A stretch of 64,000 bases of DNA from an uncultured delta proteobacterium (GTDB taxonomy: Bacteria > Desulfobacterota > Binatia > UBA9968), in NCBI GenBank assembly GCA_963804165.1, contig CAWDPO010000043.1:1-64000 (forward strand), read 5' to 3'. Positions 19,612-29,785 of the stretch are shown one piece after another. Below the pieces are notes generated by a model. It was not told the DNA's origin and made no database searches. It worked only from the letters and a program-made list of their open reading frames with translations. Numbering within the stretch: the first letter of the stretch is position 1; every line of letters begins with the position of its first letter. Made by a program: the position numbers and the translations under genes.

Positions 19612-20352
19612 CTATTTCATTTTTTCGATCTTGACGATGGCTTTTTTCGGAACGTCGATGGTAAAGCGGACCTTGTCGCCGAATTTCAGTCCTTCCAAAA
19701 GCGACGGCGGATCCACCCGATAGCCCATCGTCATCGCTTCCATGAAACCTTTGATCTCCCCATGCTCGACCACGATCTGGCTCGCACCGGGCACGGTCGC
19801 AACGACTTTTCCTTCTCCCACGACAGTCTTTTGCGGGCCCGCCTCTGCTGCAGGTCCCTGCGCTTGTTGCGGGCTCGTCGTCGCCGCCAACATTGCCCCT
19901 TTTTCGATCTTCACGATCGCTTTCTTCGGAACATCGATGGTGAAGCGAACCTTGTCGCCCGATTTCAGTCCTTCGAGCAGAGAAGGCGGCTCGACGCGAT
20001 AGCCCATCGTCATCGCATCCATGAACCCCTTGATCTCTTCGTGATCGACAACGATCTGACTGGCGTTGGGTACCGTTGCGACGACTTTTCCCTCTCCCAC
20101 CACAGTCTGCGTTCCGCTTTGTGCTGTTTGCTTAGCCTCTTCACCTTGAGGCGCTGCCACAGACAGAACAGGTTGTGTCGAAGGGATATCCGCTCGGCTG
20201 TACGCGAGTGTCTTAGAAACCGTCCGGACCGGACCGGCCGTTGCCTCAGGATTTGCCGGATGGTTCATGCTCAACGGTTGCAATTCGTAGGCAGCGCACC
20301 CCGTAAGAGCCAACACAAGAAAACCCAATGTGTTTTTGTGTGCGAATGTCAT
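19612..20352 (-). CDS. Lipoprotein with two tandem CusF-type copper-binding domains
   Basis: Lipobox LTGC; two copies of H.EIKGFM.AMTMGY..LK.GDKVRF. Confidence 0.82.
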   Translation of the reverse strand: MTFAHKNTLGFLVLALTGCAAYELQPLSMNHPANPEATAGPVRTVSKTLAYSRADIPSTQPVLSVAAPQGEEAKQTAQSGTQTVVGEGKVVATVPNASQIVVDHEEIKGFMDAMTMGYRVEPPSLLEGLKSGDKVRFTIDVPKKAIVKIEKGAMLAATTSPQQAQGPAAEAGPQKTVVGEGKVVATVPGASQIVVEHGEIKGFMEAMTMGYRVDPPSLLEGLKFGDKVRFTIDVPKKAIVKIEKMK

Positions 20353-20373
20353 ATCGGAGGTCCTTTCGCTCGA

Positions 20374-21093
20374 TCAGTTTTTTAGCTTCTCGATTTTCGT
20401 GATGGCGCGTTTGTTAGTATCGATCGTGAACCGAACTTTGTCTCCGGCTTTAACCGTCTTGAGCATCGAGGATGGATTGACCTTGTAGCCCATCGTCATC
20501 GCATCCATGAAACCCTTGATCTCTCCATGCTCGATAACGACTTCCTGGGTTTGCGGAACCACCGCCAGAATTGTTCCCTCTCCCATCACGGTACTCGGTA
20601 CATCTTTGGGTCTGAGAACGGCCAGATAGGTGGACACATCGATTAGCTCTTGAACGGTCATGCGCTCATTGTAGTCCGGCATCATCGACTTACCGTCGGG
20701 ACCTCGATGCTTCTTTGCCGCCAAAGCACTCGGATTGATCACCGACTCGGTGAAATACTCCAACGGATGCAAAGGGCCCATCTGGCTGAGCTCCGGACCC
20801 GATTTGCTACCGGGAGGGAATTGCTCGCCCCTCACCTCGTGACAGACGAAGCACGCATATTTCTCGAAGACCGCCCGGCCCTTCTCAGAATCACCTTTGG
20901 GCATGGTGAACTGCCAGCCCTTTGGGTGGTGCATCTCAGGCGCTTGGGCGCTTTTCTCGGCGGCGCCAATGGCCAGCGCCGACGTTATAGTGACAATGAG
21001 CGTGATGAGGAACCATGCTTGTTTGTTTTGCATAATCGATAATCTTTTGTCGGCTCGCCGAGTTTGTGACATCAAAACTTGTTTCCTCCACAT
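20374..21093 (-). CDS. Monoheme cytochrome c fused to a CusF domain (copy 1)
   Basis: CFVCH, GPELSQMG, SMMPDY, then EHGEIKGFMDAMTMGY. Start uncertain (21033-21093). Confidence 0.8.
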   Translation of the reverse strand: MWRKQVLMSQTRRADKRLSIMQNKQAWFLITLIVTITSALAIGAAEKSAQAPEMHHPKGWQFTMPKGDSEKGRAVFEKYACFVCHEVRGEQFPPGSKSGPELSQMGPLHPLEYFTESVINPSALAAKKHRGPDGKSMMPDYNERMTVQELIDVSTYLAVLRPKDVPSTVMGEGTILAVVPQTQEVVIEHGEIKGFMDAMTMGYKVNPSSMLKTVKAGDKVRFTIDTNKRAITKIEKLKN

Positions 21094-21273
21094 TTGTGCG
21101 CAAACTTGACCCCGTCCGGTACGTCAAGTTCTTAAATCCATTCGCCCTATCGAAATGATCAATTCAGGGGGGCAGTGAATTACCCGCTAACACTGAGATC
21201 ACTCCAAAAAAGCGATCGAGTCCGTCGCCCGATAAACGATCAGGGAAGGACCCAGATAAGGATGAGAGAGGAG

Positions 21274-21681
21274 CTAAATCTGCAGAACTGAAAACAGGAG
21301 ATAGCGACCGGCGTCGCCGGCTTGGGAGAAAGCGAGAATAGGTCTAAAAACAGCGTCCAACCAACGGCCATTACCCAATCTCGGCTGCGCCGGCTCGTAA
21401 AACCAAGTCGCGTGATTTGTTGCGACCCTCTGCGCGTCTTTCAAATGGGCTGAACCGCTTTGCGCTGCCGGACCGATGCGCAGCTCGGCTGTCGGACAGT
21501 GAATAACCGGCGAGAAGGATTCATGCGAATCGCTTAGAATGGTCAAGTCGTGTGGATGGGAATTGGATTCCTCCAACGAATGCTCATGGCCATCGTCATG
21601 GCTTAGACATCGCCCCAAAGCCCACGCGACGCCCCCGTAAATAAGCACGACTGAAAACAGAATTACCGCGAGTCGCTTCAT
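21274..21681 (-). CDS. Secreted His-rich protein ending SVLQI, putative leader peptide 3
   Basis: Signal peptide, CLSHDDGHEH..HPH..H..IHC, C-terminus RYLLFSVLQI*. Confidence 0.65.
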   Translation of the reverse strand: MKRLAVILFSVVLIYGGVAWALGRCLSHDDGHEHSLEESNSHPHDLTILSDSHESFSPVIHCPTAELRIGPAAQSGSAHLKDAQRVATNHATWFYEPAQPRLGNGRWLDAVFRPILAFSQAGDAGRYLLFSVLQI

Positions 21682-21777
21682 AGCCGTAGATGTTTTCTAG
21701 CGTTGCTATCTCGGTATTTCAAGAGATCTCCCGAGTGCTACCAAAAGTCAAAAGCATTAAAGCATCATGCGCTTTCA

Positions 21778-22452
21778 TCAATTTTTCAATTTTTCAATTT
21801 TCGTGATCGCGCGTTTATCCGTATCGATAGTGAAACGAATTTTTTCTCCCGCTTTGACAGTTTTGAGGAGAGACGTCGGATTCACTTTGTATCCCATCGT
21901 CATGGCATCCATAAAGCCCTTGATCTCTTCGTGATCGACAACGATCTCCTGGGTCTCGGGAACCAAAGCAATGACTTTACCGACGCCGCTGACGCTTTTG
22001 GCCACACCTTTGGGTCTGAGCGCCGACAGATAGGCTGATAAATCAACCAGCTCCTGAACCGTCATATCGGCGTTAAATGACGGCATCTTGGACCTACCGT
22101 CCGGACCGCGGTATTTTTTTGCGCCGACGGCATCCGGGTTTATCGTCGACTCTGTAAAGTATTCCAGCGGATGCATGGGACCCATCTGGCTCAATTCCGG
22201 TCCGACTGCTTGGTTCTTGTCCAGTGGCGGGAATTTTTCTCCGCGGATTTCATGACATGAATAACAACTGAATTTGTCATAGACGGCACGACCTTTTACC
22301 GGATCGCCTTTGGGCATCGTGAATTGCCAACCCTTGGGGTGATGCATTTCAGCCTCACCCGCCCGAGCTGGGCCAACCCGTTGCGTCGCTCCGACAAGCA
22401 AAAACGCCGACGAAACGACAAAGAAACAGAACTTGTTCAGTTCCATACACAC
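21778..22452 (-). CDS. Monoheme cytochrome c fused to a CusF domain (copy 2)
   Basis: CYSCH, GPELSQMG, KMPSF, then DHEEIKGFMDAMTMGY; likely ATG at 22446. Confidence 0.8.
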   Translation of the reverse strand: MCMELNKFCFFVVSSAFLLVGATQRVGPARAGEAEMHHPKGWQFTMPKGDPVKGRAVYDKFSCYSCHEIRGEKFPPLDKNQAVGPELSQMGPMHPLEYFTESTINPDAVGAKKYRGPDGRSKMPSFNADMTVQELVDLSAYLSALRPKGVAKSVSGVGKVIALVPETQEIVVDHEEIKGFMDAMTMGYKVNPTSLLKTVKAGEKIRFTIDTDKRAITKIEKLKN

Positions 22453-22530
22453 ACTCCTTGCAAAAATGACGAAGATTATCGGTCAAAAGACGCTGTCCCG
22501 AGGAAGACAGCGGAGCGTGGTTTGGACGGA

Positions 22531-22935
22531 TTAAATTCTTAAAACGGACAGAACAAGATAAACCGGGTCGTGGAATTGAGGCGATGTCGACGCAAGCAGA
22601 AATCCCTTTGGCGGAGCGGCGCTTTGCTCGATGAGCGCATGAGCAGACGAATCAAGCCATGCAAAGTACAAAAGTTTTGCAGCGTGCCGTTTCGATAAAG
22701 TCTCCGGGCTGGATTGAACCATGGGGCCGAATTGCAGGTGCCGATCGGCACAATGGATGCTTCCCGGCTCGTCATGTTCCGCGTTAGACTGATTGGCCGA
22801 TTCGCCGATGGGAAGCTTATGCATCGCTTCATGCGCGCCGCCAACAGGCTCAAAACAATCTGACAATGCATGCGCAATGCCCGCCTGCAAAAAAAAGCTC
22901 ATCACAACGATGGCAATCAAGTGTTTCACAAACAC
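22531..22935 (-). CDS. Secreted His/Cys protein ending PP..SVLRI, putative leader peptide 4
   Basis: Signal peptide, DC..H..H..H..IHC..H, AAPP, C-terminus PVYLVLSVLRI*. Confidence 0.65.
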   Translation of the reverse strand: MFVKHLIAIVVMSFFLQAGIAHALSDCFEPVGGAHEAMHKLPIGESANQSNAEHDEPGSIHCADRHLQFGPMVQSSPETLSKRHAAKLLYFAWLDSSAHALIEQSAAPPKGFLLASTSPQFHDPVYLVLSVLRI

Positions 22936-22956
22936 GTCTCTAGGGGTCGGATCACG

Positions 22957-23078
22957 TTAACGATTCACTACGCCTTTTTCAAGCGAACTACTGGTTCCCC
23001 GCGTGGCGAGCAGAAATAGGCCCAAAGCGATCAGAGCTACGCTAAACCACTGGGCTTCGGTCAACCCCAGTAAAACCG
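22957..23078 (-). pseudogene. Possible 3' remnant of a prolipoprotein diacylglyceryl transferase (Lgt-like) gene
   Basis: Reads VLLGLTEAQWFSVALIALGLFLL..*, resembling the Lgt C-terminal GLTxAQxxS helix; no upstream gene body. Confidence 0.4.
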
Positions 23079-23250
23079 TAAAATGGAAGTACTTCGACCC
23101 ATCCACTCGAATCACTTGCCATTCAACTGTTACAGCTCACTAGAATTTGCAGCTTTGCGAAATCAAGGTAGTTCCATAGACGAAGCAAGACTGAAAAAGC
23201 CAAGCCACTTTGGTTCAACTTTCGATCTGAAATACCACCGACGCGTTTGT

Positions 23251-24900
23251 TCAGGGCACAAGCCCTGCGGCCTTCAGTGCTTTATAGGTCGTATAGCCTC
23301 CAGACAGATTCCGCGATCGATACCCGTGCTGCATCAGAAAACGCGTAGCGAAGTACGCGCGCTGTCCGACCGCACAGCACACCCAGATATCGCGATCGTT
23401 CGGCAGCTCGCCGTAACGGGAGCGCAGCTGTGAGAGCGGCAAGTTGATCGCCTTCGGGGATGTGCCCGCGCATGAACTCGTCGGCCTCGCGCACGTCGAG
23501 CAACAAAGCGTCGGTCTGCTCGAGCTCCGACCAATCGGCCACGGGCATGTCACCGTTCAAAACGTTTTCGGCAAGCATGCCGGCAAGATTGACCGGGTCT
23601 TTTGCGGCGCCAAACTGCGGCGCGTAGCACAGCTCGGCCTCGGCGAGATCATGAACCTTGCCATTGAACTGAATAGCGGTCGCGATGACATCGATGCGCT
23701 TCTCCACGCCTTCGAACCCCACGGCTTGCGCGCCGAGAATGCGGCCGTCGGGGACCGAGAACACGAGTTTCAGATGAATCTCGCGTGCACCGGGATAGTA
23801 GCCGGCGTGATGACCCGGGTGAAGATAGACTTTCTGAAAGCCCGTGACGCCGGCGCGCCGTAGCCCTTTTTCACTCGCGCCGGTCGAAGCTACGGTCAGA
23901 CCCAACACACCCACCACAGCTGTCGCTTGCACGCCGCGGAAACGCGGCGCGCGCCCGGCGATCGATTCAGCCGCGATTCGTCCCTGGCGGTTCGCTGGTC
24001 CCGCGAGCGGTAGCACCGTTTCTTGACCCGTAAGTACGTCCTGCACTTCGACGACATCGCCCACGGCCCAGATGTTCGGATCGCAAGTGCGCATCTGGGC
24101 ATCGACGACAATGCCGCCACGCGGGCCGATCTCCAGGCCGGCATCTTTGGCCAACATGGTTTCGGGCCGCACACCGATGGCAAGGATAACTAAATCAGCG
24201 GGCAAACGCGCGCCACTCTCCGCCACGACGACCAAACCACCGCCCTCGCGCTCCTCGATACGTGCTAGCCCATCACCCAAATGGAGCCGCACACCCTTGG
24301 CGGCAAGGTGTTCCATGAGCGGCACCGCCATCTCGGGATCCAGCGGAGGCATCACCTGGGGCAGTTTCTCTAAAATTGCCACCGACAACTCGCGATGGAT
24401 TAAGTTCTCGACCATCTCCAATCCGATGAATCCGCCGCCCACGACAACCGCAGTCTTGGCGTTATGGTCCGTAATCCAGGAACGAATGCGGCGCGAGTCG
24501 GGAATCGTGCGTACCGCGAAGACCCCGGGCAGGTCCACGCCCGGCAGCGCGGGCGGATCGGCGCCGCGCCTGGCGATAGGACAAGCACATCGTAGCGTTC
24601 CGCGCGGGTGTTGCCGGTGTGCACGTCGCGCATCGTGATCGTCCACGCGCTGCGGTCGATGCCGGTGACTTCAGTGTCGGTTTGCACATCGATATTAAAC
24701 CGCTCGTGAAACATCTCCCGCGATGCCACCAGCAGCTTGCGTTCATCGGAAATCACGTTGCCGACGTAGTACGGCAGCCCGCAGTTCGCGAACGAGACGT
24801 ATGGACCGCGATCGATCATGAGGATCTCCACGGTTTCATCAAGCCGCCGCAGTCGCGCGGCGCAGGAGGCGCCGCCTGCGACGCCGCCGACAATGAGCAC
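23251..24900 (-). CDS. CoA-disulfide/persulfide reductase with C-terminal rhodanese domain, two frameshifts
   Basis: IVGGVAGGASCAARLRR, SFANCGLPY, VVGGGFIGLE, YAPQFGAAKDPVN, rhodanese CAVGQRA. Confidence 0.88.
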
Positions 24901-25032
24901 GCGGCGGGCGCCCCTGCTGGGTGAATCAGTTGTTCGCGACTCAATTTGGTCGCTTCATATTAGCCTCCAATACACGACAGTATCCGTTTGGCTTAGAAAC
25001 CGAGCCGCGATGAACCCGCTTGTTAGCCATGG

Positions 25033-26390
25033 CTACAAACCGAAATGATAGCGAATGCGCAATTCAATTCGATAGTCGTTTTGCTTTTCGCCGTACTCCG
25101 TACCTTTTTTTCCAAGCAATACCGGCGTACGGAAGCGCAACTCAAGGTTGGTCATCGGGCTGTAGGCGAGTTCGGGGATAACCGTTAAGCTGGCGTCGGT
25201 CAAGTTCATAATGGATGTGATTGCGGGAGTGAAATAGAGGATATCGAAAGGCTCCTTTTGGCTGGCGCGAAAATATAAATAGTGGCGCGCCGGATTGGGC
25301 TGGCCATAGGGCCCGTCGAGCAGTGTCGCCGCGCGCGTGAGTCCGCTGTCGTTGCCGGTATTGACAAGGTCGGATAACTATTATCGACAAAAGTGATGAA
25401 GTCTTTTATTTGCGTCCGGCTAAAGCCACCGCCGTTGTGATAATATTCGAGAAAATAAGTCGTCTCTTTCTCGCTCAAGTAACGCAACCCGATCAGCTGA
25501 CTGGTCGCGTCCGCTTGCGTCTTGGTCGTCTGACCGTTTGCGTTGATGGCCATCGTATCAAGGTTATTGACCACGGCGAACTCGCCGTGCATCTCTAAAT
25601 TGGTCGTGAGGTTCTTGGAAAAATCAAAACCGTAACGAGTGGTGCGGCTCTGTCCGGTAAACACCATGAAGTCGATATCCGTGTCGTAGAGCAGTAGATA
25701 GAGTTTCGATGCGAAATTGGTCCGGTGCAGCTCGCCGAATTGCGCGTTGACGTATTGTACACGGGGATCAGCGCCGTCGTCAGAGTCAGCGTTTTCAGCG
25801 GCCCATCGAAACTATGAATATAAGTCCGCGGTCGCGACGGTGGTTCCTTCCAAGGCTTCTTCGGGATCTTCGGGATTTTTCGGCGATCGATGAAGCTCAC
25901 CGGATTCCAGGCGTAGCCCTTGCCCCATTTCATCACCTTCTTTCCCGCCTCAAAAATCAAATTGGCATTGGTTTTGGCCGACGCGTACGCTTCAAAGAGT
26001 TTGGTGTTTTCGTCCCATCCCTGAAAATCGTTGCGCACGAGGGTGTCGGTCTTGAAAAACATCGAGAACCAATCTTTCTTGTAGCTCCCTTCCAGGCGCA
26101 GGCGAAAATTGTATTGATCGAACAAAGGACCCTGCGGATTCCTATAAAACCGAACAAGGGACACTGCCGAGTCGCGATCGATTCCCAACAACGTCGGTTG
26201 AAACTCAGCAAAACCACCCAAGCTGTAGGGCTTGGTGGCGAGTTTGTCGATCTTCTTTCTGGAACTCTGAAAGATCGACCTCGAACTTAGGCTTGTCCAG
26301 CGATTGTTCCTGTGAAGGAAGCTTGGCCGTTGGGGATAAAACCGCTAACAAGACCAGCAATCTTAAAACTCGCCCTCGAAAGTCAGCGAA
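25033..26390 (-). CDS. Outer-membrane beta-barrel-like protein of the ABC/LolA-like locus, several frameshifts
   Basis: Fragments GKKVMKWGKGYAWNPVSF, YGFDFSKNL, LEYYHNGGG and terminal EYGEKQNDYRIELRIRYHF in three frames. Confidence 0.6.
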
Positions 26391-27124
26391 TGGTCTCAAT
26401 TTTGGCGAGAAATTCCAGCGTGAAAACTTCATCGGCAACAATTTTCTTTTTGACGTTCGCATACGCCAGTATGGACTGATAGCCCTTATAAAGCGGGCTG
26501 TCGGTCTCGATGATCGATGGCCGCAGAACCCCTTCGAACGATTTTCTCTCCTTGAAGTAAAGGGTCTTGATCAACAGCCCGGTCGCCGCATAGCACTCGA
26601 CCTTGGTAGGAACGATCGTCTTCTTGTCCACCCACATCTTCAGCTTGTCGTAAGCGACCGCGGCGGTCTTCGCCTTCAGATCGAGAACATACTCGCTCTT
26701 GTCATCCTCAATGTTTTGCACGTCGTATTCCACGTTGTAGTCCAGGCGCATAATATCCGCATTGTTAAAAACGCCGCCGACAACGGACTGGAGACTGGTG
26801 ATCCGCACCGGTTTGCCCACGTTGGGAATGTACAGCCACATGTTGTCTCCCAGCCTAAGCGTGGCTCTGCCTTTTTCGCTTGCCGGCGAAAGAAACAGCG
26901 AAACAATCTTGTCGTTGCCCTTCTTCAATGTGTAGAGGAGAAATTCCCGTCTTGGCGCCGTTCGGCTCGATGTTGATGAGCTTGCGGTAAGACTCGAATG
27001 ACTCCGGCTGGAGGTTAGCATCCACTTTCTTGAGAATCGCAGTCCCATCCAAAGAGAACGCGGGGGCTGCAAAGAGCAGCGTGAGACTAAGAGCGAACAA
27101 CAGTTTGATGAAATGTTCTTTCAT
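26383..27124 (-). CDS. Outer-membrane lipoprotein-sorting (LolA-like) protein, frameshift near 26950
   Basis: Signal peptide; FLSPASEKGRATLRLGDNMWLYIP; VAYDKLKMWVDK. Confidence 0.8.
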
Positions 27125-28369
27125 ACATGCCTCAGCGCATCGATGGGCTCCATTCTAGAGGCCTTGTACGCCGGCTGTAGGCTCGCGAGCACGGAAACGA
27201 TGATCACCATCAGCGAAGCTGTGACAACTTCCATCGGCGCGATCGTGGGGGCGAGAATGAGACCCGTGGCCTGGCCGAAGTTAAAGGTAATTTTTGAAAG
27301 GTTTAACTCCGAAGATGATTCCCAAGCCGAAAACAACACCCACGATGGCGCCGGTCAGTCCCAGGCAAAAGCCTTCGACTAGAAACAGAGAAAGGATCTT
27401 GCGCGGCAGCGTCCCGATCGCTGCGATGGTGCCGATCTCTCTCACGCGCTCATAGACTGCCATGATCATGACGTTGAGAATGCTGATCAACACGATGGCG
27501 ATAAGCATCAGCTTGATGAAGAACGTCATCACGTCGATCATATTGGCGATGTTGGCGAAGGGCGAGAGTTGCGACCACGTATGGACTTCGATGCCGCCAC
27601 CCTTTTGCTTTTTCTCTCCAAACCCAAGCCCCCCTCGTATGCTCTGAGCGACCCCTTCCACCTGCGGCAAAGATTTTACTCGGACTGCGATCTCGCTCAC
27701 CTCGTTGCCGGACATCCGTAGGATTTCTCTGGCGTCATCAAAATGGATGTAACCGTCACGCCCTCCCGGTCCGGTAGCGCTTTCCAAAATGCCACTTACG
27801 AGAAAGGTCTTGCCGTTGACCGATCCATCTTTGTTGGTTGCGACTACCACGACGGTGTCGCCAACTTTAGCGCCAAACCCCTGGGCCAGGAGTTTCGGCA
27901 CCAGGATTTTGCCCCTTTCCAACGAGCCGAAGCTCTTTTCACCGTCAGAAATCCGCGAGAGCATCTGCGGCAAGGCAGCAAACTCTTTTTCCGGATACAC
28001 TCCGTTGATTCGGATATTGGTGGTCTCGGTAAAATTGCTGAACAGCGCGCCGAACTTTATCCGTTCCGAGTACGCTTCGATTTCTTTGATACCCGCCAAA
28101 GTTTTCTCGATCTGCGACACTGCGGCGGGGGCGAGATTCAGATTCAAAGGAAGGCTTTCAATGGAAGCCACATAGCCGCCGCGATGGATCTGCAGAGCGC
28201 CCAGATAAGAGTCGGTAATCTGTGCGATCATGAAATCCTTGATCGAAGCGGTCACGGCGACGAAAACTAAAACGAAGACGACTCCGAAGGCGATCAACGA
28301 GACGGTGAGGAGGCTTCGTCGCTTATACCGCCGTAAGTTTCGCGCCGCGATTTTCAGCAGATTGAACAT
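27121..28369 (-). CDS. ABC transporter permease (FtsX/MacB/LolE-like), frameshift near 27310
   Basis: IAARNLRRYKRRSLLT; ERVREIGTIAAIG; PAYKASRMEPIDALRHV. Confidence 0.88.
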
Positions 28370-29063
28370 TAACTTTGCCCCTCTCTTCCCGTCGAAGAAG
28401 TAAACCGTCTTCCAATGTGTAAATGATTTCCGCCTCACCGATGATTCTCGTGTCGTGAGTCGAAAAGATGAAAGTGATGCCGAGATTATCTCTCATCTGT
28501 TTCATCAATCGGAGAATCATATACGCCGTCTCATGATCCAGGTTTGCCGTGGGTTCGTCGGCAAGCACCAACTTTGGCTGGGTGACCAGCGCGCGAGCGA
28601 TCGCAACGCGTTGTTTCTGACCACCGGAAAGCTGCTCCGGCATTTGATTTTTTTGCTCTAACATTCCCACAGCTTTTAAAGCTTTGAGCACCCGGTCGCG
28701 CCGCTCTGCGGGACGCAGTTCTTGCACCATCACCAGCGGGTATTCGACGTTCTCAAAAGCGGTCAAAACCGCAATTAGGTTGAAGCTCTGAAAAATAAAG
28801 CCGATGTTTTGCCCACGAAACTCTGCTGCTTGCCGTCGCGCCAAATTGAGAACATCCACCCCTGCTACCTGCAAGCTTCCGCTCGTCGGTTTGTCCAAGC
28901 ATCCAATGAGATTGAGCAACGTGGTCTTTCCGCTGCCCGAGGGACCGACGAAAGCGAGGAAGGAGCCGGCCTCGATGTCGAAGCTGACTCCTTGCAGAGC
29001 TTTTACTTCGATAGCTTCAGTCCGGTAGGTTTTCACCAAATTGTTTGCGGCAATGAGGCTCAT
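28323..29063 (-). CDS. ABC transporter ATP-binding protein (LolD/MacB-like)
   Basis: GPSGSGKTT, LSGGQKQRVAIARAL, LADEPTANLD. Confidence 0.92.
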   Translation of the reverse strand: MSLIAANNLVKTYRTEAIEVKALQGVSFDIEAGSFLAFVGPSGSGKTTLLNLIGCLDKPTSGSLQVAGVDVLNLARRQAAEFRGQNIGFIFQSFNLIAVLTAFENVEYPLVMVQELRPAERRDRVLKALKAVGMLEQKNQMPEQLSGGQKQRVAIARALVTQPKLVLADEPTANLDHETAYMILRLMKQMRDNLGITFIFSTHDTRIIGEAEIIYTLEDGLLLRREERGKVNVQSAENRGAKLTAV

Positions 29064-29140
29064 GACTGCATCCTCAGGTCTCGTGCTCGTCTTCACGGCT
29101 CGTTGGGTACGGCACGCTGGGTTGCACTGTATCTGCAGCT

Positions 29141-29551
29141 TCACATCTCCCATAAGCTTTTCGGAACGGCATTCCCATTCCAGCCTGGCAAGGCGCGTAT
29201 AATAATCGGGAATACTCTCAAGATGATCCATCGCCAATTCAAGAGCCAGCAAGTTATCGCGTGGTATGCTGCCGCTCCCATTTTATCCCTTCGAGCAGCT
29301 GTCCTAAATCGTAGTTGGTGATGGCTTTTCCGTCCGCCAAACCTCCCGTTAGTTCTATCTTTGAAGTTCTTAATATCGACCTGATGGCTTTCTTTTATAG
29401 CCGTTCTGTACTCCTCAAATTTTCTCTCCACGCTCTGACGAATCTGAGGCTGCTGAGCTTGCGCCCACGTACGATCCGACTTGACAAAGAGCATAAAGGC
29501 GAAGCCCATTATCACGATCGGCGCGATTTGCAGAAAAATATTTTTTTTCAT
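29141..29551 (-). CDS. Exported protein with DUF5661-like domain, frameshifted
   Basis: Reassembled across frames: signal peptide..GGLADGKAITNYDLGQLLEGIKWERQHT..LALELAMDHLESIPDYYTRL. 3' end uncertain. Confidence 0.55.
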   Translation of the reverse strand: MKKNIFLQIAPIVIMGFAFMLFVKSDRTWAQAQQPQIRQSVERKFEEYRTAIKESHQVDIKNFKDRTNGRFGGRKSHHQLRFRTAARRDKMGAAAYHAITCWLLNWRWIILRVFPIIIRALPGWNGNAVPKSLWEM

Positions 29552-29785
29552 TTCATGTTCTCCCTGTTCGAAAAAATTGCAAATGGTCGTGATTCTCCCT
29601 GTTCGCTTTCAAGATGAGCAAGACTCAGCGCCACGGGATATGGCCTAAATTTATTAAATGAACAGAACTGATCTTCTCAGGATTGAGAAGAAACCGGGTG
29701 AGAATGGCAAAAATGAGAAGAACCGGGGCGGTGCGGGAAACTATTTTGAAAGCTGGCGAGTGCTATGAAACGGGACCCTCGATGG

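Noticed and set aside
19612-22452. Recurring ~40-60 nt sequences resembling a CRISPR or repeat array
   Set aside because: They are the coding sequences of four CusF domains. There are no regular spacers and no cas genes.
28323-29252. Fusion of a DUF5661-like segment to the ABC ATPase (309-aa ORF)
   Set aside because: The ATPase has its own GAGGA RBS and ATG at 29063. The apparent fusion is more likely due to an indel removing the upstream stop.
29617-29633. Additional sigma-54 motifs (here and near 39278-39294)
   Set aside because: GG-GC spacing is 11 rather than 10 nt. An indel cannot be excluded, but the motifs are unsupported as read.
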